Assembly: GCF_006345805.1 (NCBI RefSeq) | Contig: NC_042998.1 | Coordinates: forward strand, 166,656,001-166,720,000 | Source: Octopus sinensis | Taxonomy: Eukaryota | Reading direction: 5' to 3' | Length of the DNA: 64,000 nucleotides | Part shown: piece by piece, positions 39,575 to 50,790 of the stretch | Position numbering within the stretch: the stretch's first letter is position 1 | Layout: each line of letters opens with the position of its first letter | Translations under genes and position numbers: made by a program | Notes under the pieces: model-generated | The model's database searches: none | What the model was told of the DNA's origin: nothing | The model's input: only the letters and a program-made list of their open reading frames with translations

Positions 39575-40080
39575 ATTCCTTTTTTCTAGAGTGGATTTTT
39601 TACTTGAAGTATTTTATTTCAGTCTCATAACAAAATCTGTAACCAACAAGGCTGAAGGTGTACAGAAAGAAATTTAACGCCCTTCACCCTGCATCTCCTT
39701 CATAGACTCAAGTAAAAAGCCATACATACATACGTACATACATATATACATGCATACAAACAAACACACACACACTCACACACATGCACGTATATACGGA
39801 CGCACATGCACATATATACTCACGTATCTTTTATCATTTATTTGTTTCAAATATTAGACCGCACCCATCCTTGAGGTACATTTCTTAGCCTGGTATTTTA
39901 TTCTATCGGTTTCTATAGCCGAATCACTAAGTTACAGGGACGTAAACACACAAGCACTGGCTGTCAAGCGTATATATATATATGTATTTATGTATATATA
40001 TATATATATTCATATATATATATACATAAATACATATATATATATATGTGTGTGTATATATTCATATATATATATATGTG

Positions 40081-40131
<51 letters not shown>

Positions 40132-40141
40132 ATATATATAT

Positions 40142-40172
<31 letters not shown>

Positions 40173-40335
40173 CCAGAATAAGCACATAAATACGAAACAA
40201 GGTGGAAAAAATAGTGTTCGAATAACAGAGTTAGAGTAGTAATATGCTTTATTAAAAAATATCACAAAAATTCAGGAAAGGGGACCTGAAACTCTGAGTA
40301 ACAGTTCTGTGATATTTTTGCTGCTTTTAATAAAG

Positions 40336-40421
<86 letters not shown>

Positions 40422-40422
40422 C

Positions 40423-40475
40423 TGAGCTGATGATAGAAGTGTTGTTTTTGACTAATCTTGAAACGTACGTTCTCA
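40423..40475 (+). ncRNA. Minimal type I hammerhead ribozyme candidate (Penelope-type)
   Basis: TGAG-CTGATGA-imperfect stem II-GAAA-CGTACG-TT-CTCA; stem I TGAG/CTCA; palindromic stem III ACGTACGT. Confidence 0.65.
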
Positions 40476-40760
40476 AATAACCTTAGCATTTGATTTTTCG
40501 ATGTCCTTACCCCCAAACTTTTGTGAGTTGAATTAAGCAAGCACTATATATGAGAGAGATTTTCGTTAAGTATTAGAAATAACTTTTAAAAAAGTTTTTT
40601 AGCTGCTATTTCTAATGAGTTCAGTATGCGGCAAAGTAATTTATTTTACTAAGCCCTTTTATATAATGTAATAATTTGAATTCGCCTTGAATGGTCCCTT
40701 TGCATACTGAACACTTGGTGAAATTGATTAATAATTAATTAATTTTGCCCTCAATTGTTG

Positions 40761-40837
<77 letters not shown>

Positions 40838-41128
40838 CTAAATTTCTAAATCTCTCGTAGAGACAAGTACGGTGGTGGGGCGATAGAATGGTTGTATACT
40901 GTAAATCTAACACGAACGTGACAGTAGGGGTGGTACGCCATCGCTGTTTAGCCCTAGGAAGCATCGACGCCTCCTGATGGCTTTGGCACATTTTTCCTGT
41001 GTCCTTATATACATTTATGAAGGGGAGACAAATACCCCCAGCCGTCCGGGCTGCATCTAAGGACACGTGTTTCAGGATGATTGTCCTTCGTCGGCCTAGA
41101 CTAGCAGACACCGGTCAGCTGTTGATAA

Positions 41129-41980
41129 AATCTTTATTATAGGCACGAAGGCCCGAATTAAGAGGGGGCATTACAACAGACATGGGGTACATATAACAAC
41201 AAAAAAATCGAAAAATATGAAATGAAAATGAATTATTTATAATGAATTAAATGGAATGGCTTACGAGACCCCCAAAATTCGCAATTTCATTTAAAATACA
41301 GTTCTGCTATACTGGTCGTTCATCTATCATCTATTCTATTAACCTCTCCTGATCCACAATAGCTGGTAAAGTGTCATAACGTACATATAACCATTCACAT
41401 ATACTATAACCATATCTCAATTTCTCCACTGTCTTTTTCTCCACGATTACCGCCTTCCACTGGTCATCATATATTTCTGGGTTCAACTTTACTCTAATTA
41501 AACCTTTCCTACCTGCCAACATCTTTTCCGTATTTTTGTCCTTGGAGTATAACATTACCACTTTGTGTTTCTTTCCCTTGGGTCTTCCTCCTCTCTTACA
41601 AACTTTCAACTGCTCTTCCATTCTTCTGTTCCATTCTTCCTCTGCTGTTAATTTTGCCGGTTCACTTGCTTTTGCTTCTGCATCACTCCCTTCGCACGTT
41701 CGGTCTTCCATCTCGTCTGTTGTCTTCTTTTTGGTTTTTTTTTTCTTTTTTTGAACTTTAGGTGGTAATTCCACCCTCGTTCTCTTTCTATCTTCTGTTC
41801 TTTCCTTTTCTTTCTCCAACTCTTCACCACTTTCCACATTATCTGTAGTGACGATTTCCTCTTCCACATCCGCCATTTGCCACTCTTTCGTCAACGTCTC
41901 CAGTGCTATCGCTCTCTCCTCTCTTAGCGGACACATATCCTTCATGTGGCCTCTGATTTTGCAATTGTAACACACGTTTT
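41129..41980 (-). mobile_element. ORF1-only LINE derivative: gag-like CCHC ORF1 C-terminus plus 3'UTR
   Basis: 214-codon open frame beginning CYNCKIRGHMKDMC (CX2CX4HX4C), then about 200 bp of T-rich UTR ending in AATAAA; no ORF2. Confidence 0.72.
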
Positions 41981-42010
41981 AAGAGTGCACACACACACAC
42001 ACACACACAC

Positions 42011-42069
<59 letters not shown>

Positions 42070-42761
42070 TATTGTTCCTGGGAGGGTATCTTTCTGAGTT
42101 CAGTCCCATGGTCTGTGTCGTGACCTAAGGGGGTCTCAGATATATATATAATTAAGCATCAGATGAATTAAGTATTTTAATTTAGGCAACAAGCCAGTTC
42201 GGTATAGCCCGCGCAGCTCGAAATTAGGTGAATAAAAAGTAACTAAGTAAGAAAGATATCCAGGTATTAATGCATTACGCCCGTTTCAAGCTTCTCCATT
42301 TAATCGATCAATGAAAACATTACATCAATTTGAAATACACCGCTCTCCTCAGGCGTAGACAAACATAGATTTCCAAAATAAAGGACAAAGCATTTTTTAA
42401 CACAGTTTACTTCAGTACTACAAAATAAAACACATTGTTTCTCTTTGCCATGTTTGTCGCAAATGAATTTAAGGAAAAAAATCTAAAACCTACAATAATT
42501 TAGAGAGCAGCAGAGAGAAATAGTGGGGGTCAAGAAAAGAGAAATGGTGAATAGCTAATTTATATTTATTTTTATCCTGGTATTATTTATAAGATTTTAT
42601 GCATATAGTCTACAACCCTTTAGAATTAAATCCGTTGGGAGTCGACAGTTAAGTTCCAGTTGATAGTGATAAATTAATTAATGTCAGATACTCTCCCCGA
42701 CCCTAAGTTTACTGGAACGATATATTAAGCTTTATCAACATAAAAGGACATCCTTTGTTAC

Positions 42762-42829
<68 letters not shown>

Positions 42830-42885
42830 CATACATACATACATACATACATACATACATACATACATACATACATACATACATA

Positions 42886-43516
42886 CATTCGGTACGATAC
42901 GTTTATTTTGGTAGTTTTGACTTTAAAAGTCCCTCCCAGCGTGCGGCATTTATGTGTAATAATGCCCTCTATATAATATAAATAAATATTTTCAAGTGAA
43001 AAAATTTACAGATTTTTTCTCTTATGAGGTTTTTCACGCTAACTACTTGATAATTTCTTATGAAGATTTTATCCTATTTTTAAATTTTAAATTATATATT
43101 TCACCGGAATAATTCAATACTGAATTTTTGTTCCGAAGAAGCACGTTGTTACCGAAATGTAATTCGAAAAAGCCCGTCATTTACATAGATGTATAAGGGG
43201 TGAACAGTTCTATATGCTACGGTGGATACGATGGTTGTTCGTCTGGTATGTTGATTTTGTTCATTCATTATAAATCTTGAATTCGCTGTACTGACGAGCA
43301 AGGGACGCAGACACTGCGTTGATTGCGAAATCACTGGTGATCTGCAGCTAAATTCTGTTTTTAAATGACTTGCTTTTGAGACTTGCATTCGGTACGATAT
43401 GTTTATTTTGGTAGTTTTGACTTTAAAAGTCCCTCCCAGCGTGCGGCATTTATGTGTAATAATGCCCTCTATATAATATAAATAAATATTTTCAAGTGAA
43501 AAAATTTACAGATTTT
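42886..43516 (+). mobile_element. Retrozyme-like element: about 1.26 copies of a 500-bp unit containing a hammerhead ribozyme
   Basis: 131-bp direct repeats at 42886-43016 and 43386-43516 (130/131 identical, offset exactly 500 bp), flanked by (CATA)n and (AT)n. Confidence 0.8.
43285..43348 (+). ncRNA. Type I hammerhead ribozyme
   Basis: Stem I GCTGTA/TGCAGC; core CTGACGA (43291-43297); stem II GCAA..ACGCAG-ACA-CTGCGT..TTGC; GAAA (43327-43330); stem III ATCAC/GTGAT; cleavage triplet ATC ending at 43342. Confidence 0.93.
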
Positions 43517-43529
43517 ATATATATATATG

Positions 43530-44100
43530 GAACAAAAACGCAATAGAGGGCATTAAAACCTTCGGACAGATAAACGATACAAAGGCGGACAAGAGAAACA
43601 ACAATTAGAAGGACAGGCAAAAAAAAGACGGGTCATTCGTGGCTTTCTTTCATCAGTCAAGTCCCAGAAGTCACGACCATTTCGGGCAGTCACGTGTGAT
43701 ATGGTTCGAGTTAGCGGTTATGATAACCGACAATGAGATAAAATATCACTTAGTAATCGGGAGAGATCGTTGGACTTAACCTGTCCCATTGCGGAGGTGG
43801 GATTCTCTGTAATAGTTATGTGATTACACTATCTTAAGCACCCTACGGTAATGTTTTGGATACATTGTCATGCCCATTGTCAGTCATGTTAGTAAGTTTC
43901 CTTGTATTATTATTTTTTGATAATTTCTTTTCATATCTTTTCAAACATCTTGGTTCCCCGCTCCAAATGTTGTTATTCCCAAGACCAGTACTCTTACCTA
44001 CGGACTTTCTTAGCCCAAGGGTGCTAGATTATATGCTTTTCATATTTTGGGCTTCCAGTAATATTTTCTGGGCCAATTTTTCTTTCCTATTCCTTCTTCC
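43530..44100 (-). mobile_element. Penelope-like element fragment (terminal repeat plus decayed ORF)
   Basis: Repeat shared with 12770 and 38620; decayed frame LAQKILLEAQ...GEPRCLKRYEKKL. Family assignment from memory. Confidence 0.45.
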
Positions 44101-44132
44101 TTTTATTTTATTTATTTATTTATTTATTTATT

Positions 44133-44167
<35 letters not shown>

Positions 44168-44551
44168 TTTTGGGTGCTTTTGTTTTACTCTGATGAAACA
44201 CCGTGCCCTGATTCAAATGTCCTATGAAAATACGGAATTTCATTTTCGCAATTACTTGTAAACATTGATCGGTACCGGATGCAGAAACAGCCGTAAGATT
44301 TGTTATATCACATAAATGTTAGGCAATGTTTTGTATTATATAATAAGCTATAAATGTGGTCCAATTGATGTCCTTGTTGATCGGAAGTTTTCTCCATTTT
44401 CTGATTATTTATATATATCTATGTATATATGTGTGAAAAAATGTATAATGAATGATCAAACGAAAAATGGCCAGTTAACAATCCTATATTAAATGCACAG
44501 GCGAATGGAAAACAGACACAGAAGATCCATAATTCCTCATCCGTTATTGTC

Positions 44552-44595
<44 letters not shown>

Positions 44596-46256
44596 GGAGA
44601 GAAATGCTCTTATTACGAGAGAAGATGATATCATAAAAGGTAGATTTGGGAGATACACAATTAAGATTTTATGTTGAAATGAATTTGGTTTCAAATTGAG
44701 CAATGTATTTATCACTAACAGAATCAATAACATGTACTAGACCCGGACTGGAAGTGCAACAGAACTTAATAATAGACTGCGCTGTTACGAAATAATGGAA
44801 GGCTCTGAGCAATTATTGCGCTTTCTTAAATAACTAAAATGGCTCTATTACAATGTATTTTTTCAATTTTAGTTCCAACACACGGTGCTAGGAACGTTAC
44901 TTACATAACTACACAAATTTAACTCTACTAAGGAGTTAAGTACACATTTGTCTTCGAAAAGACGCGATAGCCATGCCTAGTCAGTCTTTCATCACATGTT
45001 TGCACTATATTGAACAGGGATTAAACAGAAATACCTGGTTGCGTTCCAATATAAAATCGGTAATGGGAAGTTCCCAGAGCACCAGTGGTACAAAATTCTT
45101 TTCCAAAACAAGATTAAATTTGTCTGTATTGTTCTCTATCAGACTCTATACTAAATATCATCGTAAAAGAGGGGAAACAGAATTATGATACATTGTTTCG
45201 GAGGCACTAATAGGGTAAATGAAATAAAGTTACTGCTTTGATATAGGTTTAAAATGGTGGAAGTCAATAATGACACTGACCCCGCATCAGAATTCGATAA
45301 AATAAGTAGTAGTTAAGAAATAGAGACGAAACAAATGTATATACACAATCCTTAACTTTATCCTAGTGAGTAAGACTGTATGTGGTTAGGTAACTTTGTA
45401 TCGATTCTGCTTCACTGAGGCGGTTCAAAAAGATAGAAACATATCTGGAGTTGTCATCTTAGCTACAGTGTGTCGAATTCACACCTCTCTGCATAAGTTA
45501 AATCAATTTTTGGTAAACGAAATAGTTGAAAGTTACCTCCCTTCTCTCATTTAAGAAAAATTCTCATTAACGCTTAGGACGTTTCTCGTTACGGTTCGGT
45601 TGATCAAAAATTATTTTCAGCTCATCACGTTATCTATTGCTGTCTTTACTTTAGTATATTAAACTATTCAGGTTTTGAGATGTAAAGATTACTTAACAAT
45701 TAACTGAGACCTTCGTCTAGCAAAAACAAAAAAAAAAAAAAAGAGCAGACAATAGATCGAATATTAAAACTACATAAAATAAAAAGATTTGTAAGCAGAC
45801 AATAACAGATAAAATGTCAATGTTCGGAATGAAAATATTTCGAAAAGATATACAGTTGCAATAGATTTTTTTTTCTACATTATTATACTTCAAAAAGTAA
45901 CCTTTTACATTCTAATTTTTCCTCTTTTACTTTTGTGCTAGCTTTTTCTTTTACTTTCCCTTTCATTTTTCTTTCTTTTTCCTTTTTTTGTTTCCTTCTG
46001 ATTTGTCTCTTGTTTTGTTTTTTTCTGTTCTGCTTTTTTTTTTCTTTTTTGCTTTTCTCTACAGAACTTAAAATGGCAGAGCACCATTTGACATTTGAAT
46101 AACTTAACAGGATTTTAAATAACTGCTGTTAAAAGGGGGTGGGTATGATAAAAGGAGTGAAATAATTACATAAATTCATAGCTAGCCACTCCAATCGACA
46201 TACCGCTCTTCTTTTTTATTATGTTTCTTATTTAAATATTCTTCCAAAAATTACTG

Positions 46257-46326
<70 letters not shown>

Positions 46327-46589
46327 CTTTAGAAAGGAAATTTATATTTGAGCAAATTATTTTACTCTCTATATATGAGAATACATAGTCATACACAAAT
46401 TAGACCACCTATGCTATATAGAGGGCTTTACGTGGTCACTTAACTTGCTAGAAATAGTAGCCGAACCATCAGATTGCGATCTACAATCTTTAAAAAATGA
46501 TGTGTTAATTACAGCTGCTTAATTAGGCCGAGCCTTGAGTAAAACTGAATTCCTTTCGCGTTATTTTGTTTTACGGTCTTTTATTTTTA

Positions 46590-46827
46590 TCTTTTATTTG
46601 TTTTAGTCATTAGACACCGGCCATGCTGGAGCACCGCCTTGAAGAATTTTTACATGAATAAACTGACCTCCAGCACTTCTTTCTTTTAAAGCCTATTACT
46701 TATTCTATCGGTCTCTTTTGTCCAACCGCTAAGTTACGAGGACGTAAACAAACCAAAACCAATTGTCAAGCGGTGGTATGGGATAAACACGGGCAGAAAG
46801 ACACAAACATAACACACATACATATAA

Positions 46828-46858
<31 letters not shown>

Positions 46859-47020
46859 CATACACACAACGGGCTTCTTTCAGTTTCAGTTAACCAAATC
46901 CATTCGCAAGTCTTTGGTCAACCCGGGGCTATAGTAGAAAACACTTGCCCAAGGTATCACACATTAAAACTGAACCTGGAACCATGTGGTTGGGAAGCAA
47001 ACTGCTTACCACACAGCCAC
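46590..47020 (-). mobile_element. Full SINE family B
   Basis: Head, CORE-like block, internal (CA)n and tail all present. Confidence 0.85.
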
Positions 47021-47454
47021 CTACAAATAAATACCTATCTTTCTGAGGCGATATTGTTGTAATATTGTTGTAAGAGCTTGTTAAATATCTTATAAGCGAA
47101 TACAAACGTACGTGCACGTGTGTATACATCCACCTGCTGAACCAAGTTTTCACAAATAAGTCAGTTAAATGTCTTTCATATAAACGTTAATTGTAGTCGT
47201 ATCGCCTATCACTATAAAGTTTCCACTTAAGTGAGTCTTATTATACTTTACTGAATTCAAAATTCAAAAAGCTTAAGTAAACAAAAAGAATGCATTGAAC
47301 CCAACACAAACAGATATTACTGACAAAAATACATGGTTCACTGCATTTTCCTGCTCTTGTCAGATTTTATTAAAATAATATATCTTTAATAAGGTCCCAA
47401 AAGCAAAATATTACGAGGCTTACTAACACAATATATATATTTATTGCTTAATGT

Positions 47455-50400
47455 TTCTTAGGCGGCAAGTTCACAAAATCTTTACCGCGCAGAATAAAAG
47501 GCTTAGCGGCATTTCGTTCGTCTTTACGTTCAGAGTTCAACTTCCGTTAAAGTTGACTATCTTTCATTCTTTTGGGGTCGATAAAATAAGTACCAGTTGA
47601 GAACTGGGGTCGATGTAATCGACTTACGCTCTCCTTCGAACTTGCTGGCCTTTTGTCAAAATTTGAAACTAATGATATATTGTATGAAAGGAGACAACAG
47701 AATCTGAGAAGTAAGATTCTGTTAAATTTTTAGTATTTCAGTTTTGATAGAGTTTTGAAAGAATCAAGCATTTTCAGGTTGACAGTGGTTTTCTTAGAAT
47801 GTGGGCAGTACCCATGAGAACAATTTCACTTGTTCTAATACATTTGAGTTTCATGTTATTTAGACAAAGTGTTAAAGAACTGACAGGATCATTAGCACGC
47901 CATCTCTACGTTCTTAGTTCAAGTCGATTGTCTTTTATTATTTTAGGTCGATAAAATTAGAACCAGTCAAGTACTGTGGTCGATATAATCGATTAGCTTC
48001 CTCCCGCCAAAGTCCAGTCCTAATCCTACAGTAGAAAGGATTACTTAACGTTTCTAAGGCGGTTTAGCTGGCAGCATTTTGTTAGATTCTGAGAACAAAT
48101 TCCGCCGACGTCGACTTTGCCTATTGACATTTCGGGGTCAATAAAATAAGTACCAGTGAAGATATAGGATCCTTACCTTTTTGATCGACAGATTTAAAAA
48201 CTATTTTTTTTTTTTTTGTTACTAAACACTTTCAAACTTCGGACACTGGTAGAATGTGTCATATAAAACACCTTTTACTCTTAGCATTTTTGAGAAAAAC
48301 TTAAAGTTCTCGTATTTCGGTAATTTCAACCAATCAATGACGTGCATTCAGCTGAATAAAATTACTGCTGTTGTTTGTCAACAAGAACTTCGGCGGTGTA
48401 TATTTCGTTTGTCACTGTTATTTATGACAACCCTAACCCTAAAACCTTAACTCTAACCCTAACCCTAAAACCTTAACTCTAACCCTAATCCTAAAACCCT
48501 AACCGTGACCCTAAAACTCTAACCCTAAAACCCTAAAACCCTAACCCGAAAACCCGAAAACCAGTACAAACGCATGAACGATGTCATAAATAAAAGTGAC
48601 AAACAAAGAAATACACCGCCGATAGTTGTTGTTGACAAACAACGGCAGTAATTTTATTCAAAATTGCTAAGAGTAAAAGATGTTTTATATGACACGTTCT
48701 ACCAGTGTCCGAAGTTTGAAAGTGTTTAGTTACAAAAAATTATTTTTAAATCTGTAGGTCGAAAGGTAAAGATCCAAGAACTGAGATTAATATAATCTAC
48801 TAGCTCGCCTCCCAAATAAATTTAAGTCTTGTGCCCCCAGTAAAAAGGGATTGTTTAATGTTCCTGCGGCGACGAGCTAGCAGAATCGTTATCACGCCGA
48901 ATATAATACTTAGCGATTGCTTAGTTGCATTTCGTCTGTCTTAACGTTCTGAGTTCAAATTCCGCCGAGGTCGACTTTGCTTCTCATCCTTTCAGGGTCA
49001 ATAAAATATGTACCAGTCGATGTAATCGACTTCTCCTTTCCCTAAAAAATTGCTAGCCTTGTGCCAAAATTTGAAACCATCATTTAATGTTTCTAAATAT
49101 TATCGTTTGGCATTGTTCTAGATAGAAGCTAGATTGGTGGAAATTGCTTTCATTAGCTGAAACGTTCATTGAAAGCTTTGTACATAATGGCTTTTGATTT
49201 AAGCACAACTCCAGTAATTTTGCGTGGAGGAGGTAACGATCGCTGCCATCGACCCAGTACCTGACTGATACTTGATCTTATAGAACCCAGAGGGGTGTAG
49301 AATAAAGTTAACTTCGGCAGCATTTGAACTCAGAATGTCAAGAGCCAAAACGAATGCTGCTGAATTTTTTCATGCTCTAATGATTCTGCCAATCCAACAC
49401 ACTTTATGGTTCCTCATGAAGGAACAGTTCAAGATTTTGCCATTGATCCAATACTTTTACTATATTTTTATTGAACTCATGGGGATGAAAAGTAAAGTTG
49501 ATGTCGGCGTGATTTGAACTCAGAATGTAAAAAGCCGGAACAAATATTGCAGTGTATTTTTTTTCTATCGGTTCGCTACCAACTGTCTTATATAATGATT
49601 TCAAGCATATACACAAGGCTGCAGATTTGACGACGAGAACACTTGATTATATTCGTTTCAAATTTTAGCACAAGGTCAGCAATTTCGGGGGAGGAAGTAA
49701 GTCGATTATCCCCCTCCCCCTCCACCCAGTATGCAACTGGTACTTATTTTATCGATACGGAAAGGATGAAGGACAAAGTCGACCTCAGTGGAACTTGATC
49801 TCAAACCGTAAAGATGGACGAAATGTTACTAAACATTATTCGCGGCGTGCTAGTGATTCTGCTAATTGATTGTTTTGACTGCTGTATTTGATTAGTATTT
49901 ATTTTATCGGGACAAGAAAAATGAACTCTGACTGTAAAAAGAAGTTACGAAATATCATAATGTATCTTATCTGCTGTTCTATCAATTTTTTTCCTACCAG
50001 TACTTTAAATCTTTTCAAATAACAGTGAAATGACAATTCAAACGGAGGGTTTATCTTGCAATATAAAAGAGATGCTTCAAGTGGATTTACTGAAATCTTT
50101 TTACCCATTTTAACCCAGGTTAACCATGTCAAAATTTAGAAGTTAGTTATATAAATAGGGATAACAAACATACGGAAGCATCCAGTTAACATTTATTGCT
50201 GTAAATAAACCAAATACAATGGTTAAATAAATACAACAAGCACTATTTTGCGTCCAATTAACCTTTATTGCAGTAAATAAACTAAACATAACTATCCTCA
50301 AACGAGGAAAGTGGGTTAAAATGGGATGTGCTGAACGTAAAGCGAAGTTAATGAATACAACACATAAGGCGGTGAACTGGCAGAATCGTTACCAGGCCGG

Positions 50401-50790
50401 GCGAAATGCGTAGCCGTATTTCTTCTGCCGTTACGTTCTGAGTTCAAATTCCGCCGAGGTCGACTTTGCCTTTCATCCTTTCGGGGTCGATAAATTAAGT
50501 ACCAGTTACGCACCGGGGTCGATGTAATCGACTTAATCCCTTTGTCTGTCCTTGTTTGTCCCCTCTGTGTTTAGCCCCTTGTGGGTAATAAAGAAATAAG
50601 AATTCTTAGCTCGCTGGGCAAAATGCTTAGCAGCATTTCATTCGTCTTCAAGTTCTCAGTTCAAATTCCGCCGAGGTCGACTTTACCTTTCATCCTTTTG
50701 GGGGTCGATAAAATAAGTACCAGTTGATGTAATCGACTTACGCATTCTCCCCAACTTGCTGGTGTTGTGTCAAAATTTGAAACCAATAAA
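47455..50790. mobile_element. Cluster of at least nine SINE family A copies in both orientations
   Basis: Copies at about 47455+, 47870+, 48055+ (split), 48865+, 49180-, 49480-, 49650-, 50368+ and 50600+. Confidence 0.85.
48167..48775. mobile_element. Long-TIR MITE with a central degenerate telomere-like (CCCTAA)n tract, inserted in a SINE
   Basis: Arms 48167-48430 and about 48580-48775 are inverted copies (the left arm has an extra 70 bp or so); core accctaacc variants at 48430-48562; the SINE resumes at 48776. Confidence 0.85.
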
